Shown: positions 46,873 to 54,812, counted from the stretch's first letter. The stretch is 64,000 nt of DNA from Patescibacteria group bacterium (GCA_041649955.1 JBAZMD010000001.1:68079-132078), one strand, 5' to 3'. The notes: generated by a model from the letters alone, not told the origin. Made by a program: numbers and translations.

Positions 46873-47787
46873 TTATGGTTGTAAAATATCTTCTGTTCGG
46901 CCGTTAATGGAAATAGTCACATTTTGAACGGTCGGAAATTGTTTTAATGTTTCAATAATTTGGGCTCTGATGGCTGATACTTTACAAGAACCGCCGACTT
47001 GAAATTCCAATTGCTTGTCAAAATCAACTTTTGCCGTTCCATTGTTAATGGTCAATTTTTGAATTTTTACGCCCGAATTGATACTGGAAAAAAATCCTTG
47101 CGCTTTTTCCGCTTCAGTCGCTCCTTTTAATAATTCTTCCAAAGCAGCCCGGCCGATTGCTTCTGTTTTAATTATTTTTCTTTCAACCGGAAAAACTTTA
47201 TTGCAGGAAATTTCCGGATCTAATTTATTATTATTGAAATAAACTTTTATTGTCGTCATTTCAGTTGGATTGATAACAACCGGCACTCGCAATTCATCGG
47301 CATTTTGCGGCAAACCCGAAGGATTATCTTTTTCTAAAATTAAAATACCTTTAGTTTCGATTGGTGCGTTAAATTGCAAGGTGGCCGTGAAAGGCACAAA
47401 ATTTTCCGTCATCCAATCGCTTTTGGCCTGAGCAATTCCTTTGGCAATTTCTGCACCCGAAGAATCCAAAAGTTTAATTGGAAAACTTGCTTCAAAAAAC
47501 CAATTTCCTCTCGCCTCGCCTTCAATTTCCAAAGGACTGGAAATAATTTCATCCGGCTGAGGTTTTGTCACTTTTATATCAGCGGTTTTATTTTCTGTCT
47601 GTTGATTATTTTTTACAGCACTATTGCACGATTGAGTCGGCATTGACGCGCTGGGATTTCCATGTTTTATCCATTGGCCGTTTGAACAAATCCAATTATC
47701 TTCCGGTCCGCCGATTAAAAATCTTAGAACTAAAACAATAATTACTAAAATCAACGGGCTTAATATTATTAATCTTTTTTTTATCAT
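46873..47787 (-). CDS. Membrane-anchored protein with an Ig-like (Gmad2-type) domain and a GerMN-like domain
   Basis: 304 aa. N-terminal TM, then SPLEIEGEARGNWFFEASFPIKLLD (Ig-like) and VYFNNNKLDPEISCNKVFPVER...LTINNGTAKVDF (GerMN-like). Confidence 0.65.
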   Translation of the reverse strand: MIKKRLIILSPLILVIIVLVLRFLIGGPEDNWICSNGQWIKHGNPSASMPTQSCNSAVKNNQQTENKTADIKVTKPQPDEIISSPLEIEGEARGNWFFEASFPIKLLDSSGAEIAKGIAQAKSDWMTENFVPFTATLQFNAPIETKGILILEKDNPSGLPQNADELRVPVVINPTEMTTIKVYFNNNKLDPEISCNKVFPVERKIIKTEAIGRAALEELLKGATEAEKAQGFFSSINSGVKIQKLTINNGTAKVDFDKQLEFQVGGSCKVSAIRAQIIETLKQFPTVQNVTISINGRTEDILQP

Positions 47788-47813
47788 ACTTATCAGCTTA
47801 TCTACTTATTAAC

Positions 47814-48086
47814 TTATCTACTTACCCAAAAAATGTCAGCTTCTTTTTCCATTTTATCCAATCTGGTGTAATAATCCGGAAATTCGTTTAAGTGCGCCAA
47901 AGCAATTTTACCGGTGGTTGTCAAATCATCATTGGTCACATTGGTGTGATCGTCACGTAAGCCGTGTTCTAGTTCCACATCCATTCCCATTCTAAATTGC
48001 TCAACATCAAATTTAGTCCAATCAATACCCAATGACTCGCCTATTTGCTTGGCTTCTTCAATTGTAAAACTTTTTCTTAATTCCAT
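47814..48086 (-). CDS. Small conserved hypothetical protein (90 aa)
   Basis: ORF with motifs MGMDVELEHG and IALAHLNEFPDYYTRL. The -10 box lies 6 nt from the ATG and there is no SD, so it is a leaderless candidate. Confidence 0.6.
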   Translation of the reverse strand: MELRKSFTIEEAKQIGESLGIDWTKFDVEQFRMGMDVELEHGLRDDHTNVTNDDLTTTGKIALAHLNEFPDYYTRLDKMEKEADIFWVSR

Positions 48087-48092
48087 GTTTTT

Positions 48093-48121
48093 ATCTTACA
48101 CTAAAAATCAACGACAGTCAA
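48093..48121 (-). promoter_or_regulatory. Promoter for the 90-aa gene, leaderless geometry
   Basis: TTGACTgtcgttgatttttagtgTAAGATaaaaacATG. Confidence 0.55.
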
Positions 48122-48123
48122 TT

Positions 48124-48186
48124 TTTTAAAAATACAAAGAGCGAGTCATCCCCAAAGGGGGCCCCTTGGGCTTGACTCGCTCTTTG
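48124..48186 (-). terminator. Very strong two-tier hairpin terminator after the RRM gene
   Basis: A 14-bp outer stem caaagagcgagtca/tgactcgctctttg encloses a GC inner stem, followed by tattttt. Confidence 0.75.
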
Positions 48187-48210
48187 CTAAACGAATTTAC
48201 GTTCTGTGGA

Positions 48211-48561
48211 CTAATTGTCCCGTCCGTATCCGCCTCTGCTTCCACCGCCGTATCCACCGCGGCTTCCGCCACCACCACCAAATCCTCTTCCACCACCGGT
48301 TCTTGGTCTTTCTTCTCTTGGTCTAGCTTCGCTGACCTTAAGATTGCGGCCGTCGATTGGTTGGTTGTTGAACATTTCAATGGCTTTTGCGGCTTCGTCT
48401 TCTGTGGACATTTCCACAAAACCGAATCCTTTGCTTCTACCGGAATATTTATCGGTAATAATACTCGCTGAGACAACTGTTCCGGCCTGGCCGAAAGTTT
48501 CTTTCAATTGATCGTCAGTGAGATTATATGATAAATTTCCGATGTAAAGTTTCTTTTCCAT
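48211..48561 (-). CDS. RRM-type RNA-binding protein with an RGG/GYGG tail
   Basis: 116 aa. RNP2 LYIGNL and RNP1 KGFGFVEM. C-terminus GGGRGFGGGGGSRGGYGGGSRGGYG. Confidence 0.9.
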   Translation of the reverse strand: MEKKLYIGNLSYNLTDDQLKETFGQAGTVVSASIITDKYSGRSKGFGFVEMSTEDEAAKAIEMFNNQPIDGRNLKVSEARPREERPRTGGGRGFGGGGGSRGGYGGGSRGGYGRDN

Positions 48562-48700
48562 ATAACTCTAACATTTTATGCGCGGGTAAGTTTTAACACT
48601 TATAAGCGCAACTCTTTTAAATTAATTTTCCCTGAACTCGACCGCGCATCATATTTAGATGCGTAATATTAAATTATATTAACTACAGGGCTACTTTTCC

Positions 48701-48728
48701 AATATATACCTTTTTAGATAATTGTCAA
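48701..48728 (-). promoter_or_regulatory. Promoter for the RRM protein gene (about 135-nt structured leader)
   Basis: TTGACAattatctaaaaaggtaTATATT. Confidence 0.6.
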
Positions 48729-48763
48729 AAAAAGTTATTAACAGCTTTTACATCATTTATTTG

Positions 48764-48799
48764 TACACTTATTTTTCACGGCCGTGTAAAATAAGTGTA
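48764..48799. repeat. 36-nt near-perfect palindrome between a terminator and the RRM-gene promoter
   Basis: tacacttatttttcacggccgtgtaaaataagtgta, with one central mismatch. Confidence 0.7.
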
Positions 48800-48802
48800 T
48801 AT

Positions 48803-48840
48803 TCCAAAAAATTCGAGAGAGTAGGTTTCGTCTACTCTCT
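48803..48840 (-). terminator. Intrinsic terminator after the ABC operon and HExxH mini-gene
   Basis: agagagtag-acgaaac-ctactctct, followed by cgaatttttt. Confidence 0.7.
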
Positions 48841-48874
48841 AAATACAGAGATTTGATTTTAAAATTTAGTTTTT

Positions 48875-49225
48875 TTATTTATCTCTTTGTAAAAATATTT
48901 TTTCTAAATCAGCCACTGTTTTCTCTAAAAGGTCAAAATAATGATTCTTTTTTTTATTGTTAATTTCTTTTTCGCAAAAGGTGTCATATTTCCATAAAAG
49001 AAGATGAATTAGCTCGTGTAAAATAATAGTATTATCTTTACCTGTTTTTTCTTTGGTGATTAAAATAATTGCTGATTTATTTTTTAAATTAATCTTAATA
49101 TCACCTGATTGTACAAAATCAGTTCTTTTAAAGTCAACTAATTTAACTTTTAATTTCCACTGGCTTAATTCAAAAACTCTTTGCCAGTATTTTAAATATT
49201 GATTTATTTTTTCTAATCTATCCAT
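48875..49225 (-). CDS. Small HExxH-motif protein (putative minimal metallopeptidase-like)
   Basis: 116 aa with IILHELIHLLLW. Last gene after the ABC permease (24-nt gap). Confidence 0.5.
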   Translation of the reverse strand: MDRLEKINQYLKYWQRVFELSQWKLKVKLVDFKRTDFVQSGDIKINLKNKSAIILITKEKTGKDNTIILHELIHLLLWKYDTFCEKEINNKKKNHYFDLLEKTVADLEKIFLQRDK

Positions 49226-49249
49226 ATTTTCAAAAACTAAATAAAGGAT

Positions 49250-50491
49250 TTACTCATAACGCAAAGCTTCAATCGGATTTTTCAAAGATGCTCGGCGAGC
49301 CGGATAAATTCCAAAAACTAAACCGACAAAAGCCGACACTCCCAAACCAAGTAAGGCGCCGGAAACAGGAAAAGCAAAAGTCCAATTCAAAGCCATTATT
49401 TTTGACAAAATCAATGAAATCAAAAACGAAAAACCCGCTCCCAAAAGAATGCCGATGATTCCGCCGATAATGGTCAGCATCATAGATTCTATTAAAAACT
49501 GGCTTAAAATATCCTGATTGGTCGCGCCCAAAGCTTTGCGCAAACCGATTTCGTGAGTTCTTTCCGTTACCGAAACCAACATTATATTCATAATTCCGAC
49601 CCCGCCGACAATCAGAGAAATAGCGGCCATGGCTGTCAAAAAAAGAGTCAAGGTATTCATTACTGTTCCAACCATTTCCATTACTTGAGCTTGGGTTTCA
49701 AGAAAAAAATCGTCTTTGTCCGGATCGGTAATATTGTGATTATTGCGCAAAGTTATTTTAATATCTTCTATCGTCCGATCAACATTTTTTTCTTCATCAA
49801 CTTCCACGACAAGACGATTATAATATTTAATGCCGAAAATATATTGCTGAGCGGTTGAATAAGGAACGATTAAAGCGTCGTCAAAACTGATAAAAGAAAA
49901 TTGTCCTTTTTTCGGAAGAACGCCGATAATGCGCAAATTCTGATTTTTAACTTTTATTTTTTGGCCCAAAACTTGTTCGTCAGTTTCAAATAATTTTTCT
50001 TTTATTTTTGAACCGATAATCACTACGGCTGATTTGGAAGCGATTTCTTCGTCAGTAAAAAGGCGCCCTTCTTCCGGATAAATATCATAAATTTGAGCGA
50101 AAAAATTATTAACGCCGAAAATCGTAGTTTGATGAATTTTATTTTCCCGAGTGGCCGATTCCGAACCGAAAACTATGGGCATAATTTTGGCCAGATGCGG
50201 CACGTTTGATTTTTTTTGCAAATCTTCCACATCTTTATTTTTTAACGAGTCGGTAAAAGTGTTAAGCGAATCAGTCATACCGCTGGGCTGGCGGCCCGGA
50301 GCAATGGCAATCGTTTTGGAACCCATGCTTTGAATCTGCCCTAAAATTAAATTTTGCGCCCCTCTCCCCAAAGACATGACCAAAATAATAGCCGTAATGC
50401 CGATGACAATACCTAAAATAGTCAAGAATGATCTTGATTTATTTGTTTTCAATCCGGTTAAAGATGTTTTGATGCTGTATTTTATGTTCAT
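49250..50491 (-). CDS. ABC transporter permease, MacB/FtsX type
   Basis: 413 aa. TM1, a ~230-aa periplasmic domain and three C-terminal TMs. FtsX-like motif LRKALGAT. Confidence 0.85.
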   Translation of the reverse strand: MNIKYSIKTSLTGLKTNKSRSFLTILGIVIGITAIILVMSLGRGAQNLILGQIQSMGSKTIAIAPGRQPSGMTDSLNTFTDSLKNKDVEDLQKKSNVPHLAKIMPIVFGSESATRENKIHQTTIFGVNNFFAQIYDIYPEEGRLFTDEEIASKSAVVIIGSKIKEKLFETDEQVLGQKIKVKNQNLRIIGVLPKKGQFSFISFDDALIVPYSTAQQYIFGIKYYNRLVVEVDEEKNVDRTIEDIKITLRNNHNITDPDKDDFFLETQAQVMEMVGTVMNTLTLFLTAMAAISLIVGGVGIMNIMLVSVTERTHEIGLRKALGATNQDILSQFLIESMMLTIIGGIIGILLGAGFSFLISLILSKIMALNWTFAFPVSGALLGLGVSAFVGLVFGIYPARRASLKNPIEALRYE

Positions 50492-50494
50492 GAT

Positions 50495-51214
50495 TTATTT
50501 GCTAAACGAATCCGTAGCTCGACGAGGAGCGCTAACCATTTTATCACTGTCAATTTGCCCATCCAACATATGAATAATTCTCTGAGCGTGTTCGGCCGTT
50601 TGAGTTTCATGGGTGATTAAAATAATTGTCTTGCCTTCTTTCTCATTTAATCGCTGAATGATTTCCATAATAATTTGTCCTGATTTTGAATCAAGATTGC
50701 CGGTCGGTTCATCGGCAAAAATAACTTGCGGATTATTAATCAAAGCTCTGGCAATGGCCACTCTTTGTTTTTCTCCGCCGGAAAGCTGCGAAGGCAAATG
50801 ATTGATTCTATGTGAAAGCCCGACTGACTCAATCGCCTTTTTCGCCATTTCATTCCAAAGCGATTCTTTAACATCGGAATAAAGAAGGGGTAATTTTACA
50901 TTTTCCAAAACAGTAGTTCGGCTGAGCAAATTGAAAGTCTGAAAAATAAATCCCATTTTTTTATTTCTGACCATGGCTATTTCTTTTTGCGAATAATCGC
51001 TGAATGGTTTTCCGTCAAAATAATATTCGCCGCCGGTCGGTTCATCTAAAAATCCCAAAATATGAAGCAAGGTTGATTTCCCCGAACCCGATGGTCCCAT
51101 TATCGCCACAAATTGACCCTCTTCTATTTTAAAAGAAGTATCAATCAAGGCCGGCGTTTCCACGCTGTCCGTATGATAAATTTTTTCCAAATTTTTAACT
51201 TCAATTAAAGACAT
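50495..51214 (-). CDS. ABC transporter ATP-binding protein (MacB/LolD-like)
   Basis: Walker [11 protein letters not shown]-loop, signature [15 protein letters not shown], and Walker [13 protein letters not shown]. Confidence 0.9.
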   Translation of the reverse strand: MSLIEVKNLEKIYHTDSVETPALIDTSFKIEEGQFVAIMGPSGSGKSTLLHILGFLDEPTGGEYYFDGKPFSDYSQKEIAMVRNKKMGFIFQTFNLLSRTTVLENVKLPLLYSDVKESLWNEMAKKAIESVGLSHRINHLPSQLSGGEKQRVAIARALINNPQVIFADEPTGNLDSKSGQIIMEIIQRLNEKEGKTIILITHETQTAEHAQRIIHMLDGQIDSDKMVSAPRRATDSFSK

Positions 51215-51220
51215 ATTAAA

Positions 51221-51341
51221 ATTTCTAATTTTTAATTTCTAATTGACCTAAATAAATCCCAATGACCAATCAATTCTCAATTTCTAATTTGGGATTTGGA
51301 GCTTGGGTCATTATTTAGAAATTAGGTTAATTAGGTCAATT
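51221..51341. repeat. Intercistronic repeat cluster between hlyD and the ABC ATPase gene
   Basis: ATTTCTAATT at 51221, 51235 and 51280, plus an inverted copy near 51316. Inverted arms aattgaccta/taggtcaatt and aatgacc/gggtcatt. Confidence 0.6.
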
Positions 51342-51348
51342 TATGTTA

Positions 51349-52983
51349 TTACTTCTGCGAAGTAATAACCTTGTCTCCTTCATTAAGTCCTTTAATAATT
51401 TCTATTTCTCCTTCCGAACCGCGCATTCCGGTTTCCACTTCAATTTCTTTAAATCCATCACCATCAACAATCTTTACTATTTTTTTGCCGTCTTTATCAA
51501 TAATCGCTCTTTGCGGAACGGCAATAACATTTTCATGTTGAGCGGCAATAATATCAATATTGGCTGTCATTCCGGACTTAACTCTTTCATCTTCATTTTT
51601 AAATTGAAAATTTGTTTTGTAAGTTGAAACTCCCTCAACCATTGTTTCAGCCGGATCAATTTTTACCAATTCGGCCTGCCAAACAACGCTTGCGCCATAA
51701 GCGTCAAGAGTCACATTAGCCAGATTGCCGATTTTAACTTTGGCAATATCCGCCTCGGGAATATTTGTTTCAATTTCAAAATTTTTATCGCTCATTATTC
51801 CAACCATCACGGTATTGGCCATAACAAATTCTCCTACTTTGGCTTCTTGTTTAGTGATCACGCCTGCAATCGGCGAACGCAAAATTAGTTTTTCCATTTG
51901 AACTCTGGTATTTTCCACGCTTGCTTCAGCTTGATTAATTTTTGCTTGCTGCGAAACAACATTGGCCTCGGCTTGTTTTACTTGAAATTTTTGAGAATCA
52001 ATTTGTTCTTTAATTGTTCCCGCCTTGCTTAAAATAAGCTCTTGCTCCGCCAAATTAAGACTTGACTGAGCGGTTTTAAGTCCTTCTTCCGCGGCGCTTA
52101 AATTAACGACTGCCGTATTCATATTTGTTCTGGCGATTGAAGTATTTGATTTATAAGTATCAATTGTCGTTTGTGAAATTCCTGAAATCGCCGGCGTTAA
52201 ACCGTTAACCACATTGGCGATTTGTTCTAGAAAAGAATTGATTTGATCTAAGTTTTTTTCAGCCTGAGATGAATAAATATCAAAATCGCTTGAAGCGGAA
52301 ATTTTATTTAAAGAATCATTCCAATCAATCAGCATATTTTCAATTAACATCCTGTCTTGTTCAAGTTTTATTTCTAAACTGAAATTATTCAATGAAAAAT
52401 TAAATTGCGGATCTGAGGTAGTCGGATCATCAAACATTTGGTCAATTTTATTTTTAATTGAATCATCTGATTTTGTGTAAGCATCTTTTAATTTATCAAT
52501 CAAATCGTTTTTGGCGTTTGCCAAAGATATTTTGGCATTTGCCACTTTGATTTCTTGAACCTGAATTTCTTCTATTCTTGTGCCGCTTTCCATTTCAGTC
52601 AATTTTGATTTTTGCGAGTCAAGCGCGGCTTGATATTGACTAAGCTGGGCTTGGGCACTTTCCAAATTGGCTTGGTTTTGATGAAGTTCGGTTAAAACTT
52701 CCGTACTATCAAGTTTAACCAATACTTTTCCTTTTTCTATTTTATCGCCGATTTTTACGTTAATTTCAATTACTTTGCCGTTTTTTTCAAAAGCCAGATC
52801 AACTGTTTCCACGGGCTTAATATGACCGGTAACACTGACTTCTTGAATAATATTTTGCTTGCTCAGTGTTATGGATTCAAATTGCTGTTTCTGCGGCCGG
52901 CGCGAAATAATAAAACCGCCGATCGCCAAAATAATAATGACTATTAAAATGATTAATTTTTTGTTTAATTTGGGTAAATGCAT
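51349..52983 (-). CDS. HlyD/MacA-type periplasmic adaptor with an unusually long coiled-coil hairpin
   Basis: 544 aa. N-terminal TM, lipoyl-like segment (GKVLVKLD), ~300 aa of heptad-rich sequence and a beta-barrel C-terminus. Confidence 0.8.
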   Translation of the reverse strand: MHLPKLNKKLIILIVIIILAIGGFIISRRPQKQQFESITLSKQNIIQEVSVTGHIKPVETVDLAFEKNGKVIEINVKIGDKIEKGKVLVKLDSTEVLTELHQNQANLESAQAQLSQYQAALDSQKSKLTEMESGTRIEEIQVQEIKVANAKISLANAKNDLIDKLKDAYTKSDDSIKNKIDQMFDDPTTSDPQFNFSLNNFSLEIKLEQDRMLIENMLIDWNDSLNKISASSDFDIYSSQAEKNLDQINSFLEQIANVVNGLTPAISGISQTTIDTYKSNTSIARTNMNTAVVNLSAAEEGLKTAQSSLNLAEQELILSKAGTIKEQIDSQKFQVKQAEANVVSQQAKINQAEASVENTRVQMEKLILRSPIAGVITKQEAKVGEFVMANTVMVGIMSDKNFEIETNIPEADIAKVKIGNLANVTLDAYGASVVWQAELVKIDPAETMVEGVSTYKTNFQFKNEDERVKSGMTANIDIIAAQHENVIAVPQRAIIDKDGKKIVKIVDGDGFKEIEVETGMRGSEGEIEIIKGLNEGDKVITSQK

Positions 52984-53001
52984 ATTTTATTTATTTGTTA
53001 A

Positions 53002-53238
53002 TTATTTAATTAATTCTGTTAATTTATCAAGTTTTTTATGAAACACGGAAACAATCTTGCCGAATTGATTGCTCGGAATAAGAATTATTGTTTCTGCCGG
53101 AGTCAAAAAAGCCACCAGCTTATCGCCGCTTTTTATTTTCAATTTTTTGCGGATTTCGGCCGGAACTACAATCTGTCCCCGTTCGCCGACTGTGGCGGTA
53201 TCAAAACAAATTATGCTTTCAAAAAAATCTTTTTTCAT
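53002..53238 (-). CDS. AbrB/SpoVT-family DNA-binding protein
   Basis: 78 aa with the swapped-hairpin motif GERGQIVVPAEIRKKLKIKSGDKL. Lies 18 nt upstream of hlyD. Confidence 0.8.
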   Translation of the reverse strand: MKKDFFESIICFDTATVGERGQIVVPAEIRKKLKIKSGDKLVAFLTPAETIILIPSNQFGKIVSVFHKKLDKLTELIK

Positions 53239-53288
53239 AAATTTTTATATTAAATAATATGATTTATATGATACTTCATACAAATCAT

Positions 53289-53316
53289 ATTATAGCTAAT
53301 CTAAAATCTTCGTCAA
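53289..53316 (-). promoter_or_regulatory. Promoter for the abrB-hlyD-ABC operon
   Basis: gtgggggTTGACGaagattttagattagcTATAAT. The -35 box is embedded in the arm of an inverted repeat. Confidence 0.65.
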
Positions 53317-53436
53317 CCCCCACACCAAACTTAGCGCTTGATTTACATATTATAAAAGTCGTAAGACGGAAGCCGCTTCGCTCTTATCTCTTCATATTAA
53401 AAAAGCCTTACGTTGAGTTGTGGTGTGGGGGTCAAC
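53311..53436. repeat. Inverted repeat with C-rich and G-rich arms around the abrB promoter region
   Basis: cgtcaacccccacaccaaac (53311-53330) pairs with gttgtggtgtgggggtcaac (53417-53436). An internal cgtaag/cttacg pairing is also present. Confidence 0.6.
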
Positions 53437-53464
53437 CCCTCTGTGGACAAATTACAAATAACTC

Positions 53465-53507
53465 TAACAAAATAAATAGGGGTGAGAGAACTTGTCTCAC
53501 ACCCCCC
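53465..53507 (-). terminator. Intrinsic terminator closing the orphan transcript
   Basis: ggggtgtgaga-caagt-tctctcacccc, followed by tatttatttt. Confidence 0.6.
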
Positions 53508-53693
53508 TGGAGGATAACAGTGTATAAAGCTGTTATATCGATATTAGTGTTTTAAGGCGGTATTCCCCTATAATGGGACATGAGGACCTCCTATTTTTAG
53601 CAATTTAGGTAGCGCTCAAATTTGATCCCTTTCAGGATCTGGCTAGCGCTAAGCCATTGCTTTCATAAAAACCACCTCCTTTATATTATGATA
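53465..53693 (-). ncRNA. Candidate ~225-nt small transcript (promoter to terminator, no real ORF)
   Basis: Bounded by the TTGACA-N16-TATACT promoter and a hairpin plus U-run. Contains several hairpins (gatcc-tgaaa-gggatc, ataacag...ctgttat, AGCGCT palindromes) and two SD-led micro-ORFs (MKAMA at 53649-53666, MSHYRGIPP at 53552-53581). Confidence 0.4.
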
Positions 53694-53699
53694 TAAACG

Positions 53700-53727
53700 A
53701 GTATATCACATTTTAAAATTTTGTCAA
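53700..53727 (-). promoter_or_regulatory. Orphan promoter with no protein gene downstream
   Basis: TTGACAaaattttaaaatgtgaTATACT. Confidence 0.6.
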
Positions 53728-53733
53728 CTCTTT

Positions 53734-54135
53734 TTATTTAATTTTATCCACATTTCCATTGAGAATAATCGGTTTCATCGCTTCTATTTCATCCGTATAA
53801 TTCATTTTGGGAATCTGGTTTAATAAAAATATCTTTTTATTCAAGATATGCGCAAAAGCCATTTCTATCAAACTATTGCCGCCGATATAATTTTTAATAC
53901 CTTGCTTGTCTTTATTAATAACCAGTATCGCGTCGCACTTTTTTATTTCTTCAAAATATTCTTTAAAAACATCACCTTCAATTTTTGACCATTTATCTTC
54001 ATGATTAACTTCACCCTCGGCGTATTTTAAAATATCCTTTGGTGCAATCGCAATTAATCCTTTTGCTTCAAGGATTTTTTGAGTTTCCAATATTTCTTTT
54101 GAAAAGGCAATACTGCCGCAAATCGCAATTTTCAT
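53734..54135 (-). CDS. Small Rossmann-like protein, possibly nucleoside 2-deoxyribosyltransferase-like
   Basis: 133 aa counted from ATG 54135 (MKIAICGSIAFSKEILETQKILEAKG...). The -10 box is 6 nt from the ATG. The 32 extra upstream codons in the ORF track run through a long inverted repeat and were trimmed. Confidence 0.55.
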   Translation of the reverse strand: MKIAICGSIAFSKEILETQKILEAKGLIAIAPKDILKYAEGEVNHEDKWSKIEGDVFKEYFEEIKKCDAILVINKDKQGIKNYIGGNSLIEMAFAHILNKKIFLLNQIPKMNYTDEIEAMKPIILNGNVDKIK

Positions 54136-54141
54136 ATTTTT

Positions 54142-54169
54142 AGTATAATATTTTTTAAAATTATGTCCA
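54142..54169 (-). promoter_or_regulatory. Promoter for the 133-aa gene, leaderless geometry
   Basis: ggggTGGACAtaattttaaaaaatatTATACTaaaaatATG. Confidence 0.55.
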
Positions 54170-54230
54170 CCCCACCACCAAGAAATTATACTTCGCGTTA
54201 AAAAAATATAATTTCTAGGTGGCGGGGTCA
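54166..54230. repeat. Miniature (65-nt) member of the same hairpin family
   Basis: tccaccccaccaccaagaaattata ... tataatttctaggtggcggggtca. About 19 of 21 arm positions are complementary. Confidence 0.65.
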
Positions 54231-54274
54231 ATAAAAAAAATTGGGTGCAGACTAGTCAAACTAGTTCTGCACCC
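54231..54274 (-). terminator. Intrinsic terminator after the 137-aa gene
   Basis: gggtgcagaactag-tttg-actagtctgcaccc, followed by a T-run. Confidence 0.75.
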
Positions 54275-54281
54275 TGATATG

Positions 54282-54695
54282 TTATATACTCGCTATTTGG
54301 ATATTTAGCTCTTCCTGTTGTCTTCTTAGTGTGTCTCTAGCTTGAAAAACTAGAGAATTCTTATCTTCAATTCTAACCTTATTCAAAGATAAAGTTGAAG
54401 AGTTCTCAACAGAATTGACCGGTTTTACTATATTCACCTTTAGAATATTGAATTCGATTTTTCCAATCTCTTTTTTTACCGGTTTTACTAAAACCTGCGA
54501 AACTAATTCAACGGGCTGAGCAACGGTAGATAAATCATTATTACTTATCTCTATACTCATCGGCAATACTTCTGGCATTGTTGTTACCTTGCTTACAACC
54601 GGTGTAAATTTGTTTTCCAAATTTGTAGTAGAAGCATAAGCTCCTATGGCAGTAAACACAACAACAACTAACAGAATTTTTTGAAATTTATTCAT
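54282..54695 (-). CDS. Hypothetical secreted or membrane-anchored protein (137 aa)
   Basis: N-terminal hydrophobic helix KILLVVVVFTAIGAYA. SD GGGAGG, promoter module and terminator present. Confidence 0.6.
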   Translation of the reverse strand: MNKFQKILLVVVVFTAIGAYASTTNLENKFTPVVSKVTTMPEVLPMSIEISNNDLSTVAQPVELVSQVLVKPVKKEIGKIEFNILKVNIVKPVNSVENSSTLSLNKVRIEDKNSLVFQARDTLRRQQEELNIQIASI

Positions 54696-54784
54696 TTAAG
54701 ACCTCCCGTCTTATTAGTTTTGCGAATCCTTTCTTTTTAGCCCGGATTCGCTTCGGCTATTTACAAAGAACTATTGTGTTATAT

Positions 54785-54812
54785 ATAATAGCATATTTTT
54801 GAATTTTGTCAA
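54785..54812 (-). promoter_or_regulatory. Conserved promoter module (137-aa gene)
   Basis: gagggggTTGACAaaattcaaaaatatgcTATTAT. Confidence 0.7.

Noticed and set aside
48126-48511. Three alternative ORFs (48126-48476 minus, 48166-48471 plus, 48215-48511 plus) overlapping the RRM gene
   Set aside because: They are frame shadows of the GC-rich RGG/GYGG-coding tail. The RRM frame carries the RNP1 and RNP2 motifs and a proper start.
53259-53555. 98-aa + strand ORF in the abrB upstream region
   Set aside because: It has no SD or promoter. It spans inverted repeats and the terminator hairpin, and is antisense to a promoter-to-terminator unit. It is most likely non-coding.
54136-54231. N-terminal extension (MTPPPRNYIFLTRSIISWWWGG...) of ORF 53734-54231
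   Set aside because: The extension is translated through the 65-nt hairpin element and the promoter, and the Trp/Gly/Pro run comes from the C-rich and G-rich arms. A consensus -10 box precedes the internal ATG at 54135.
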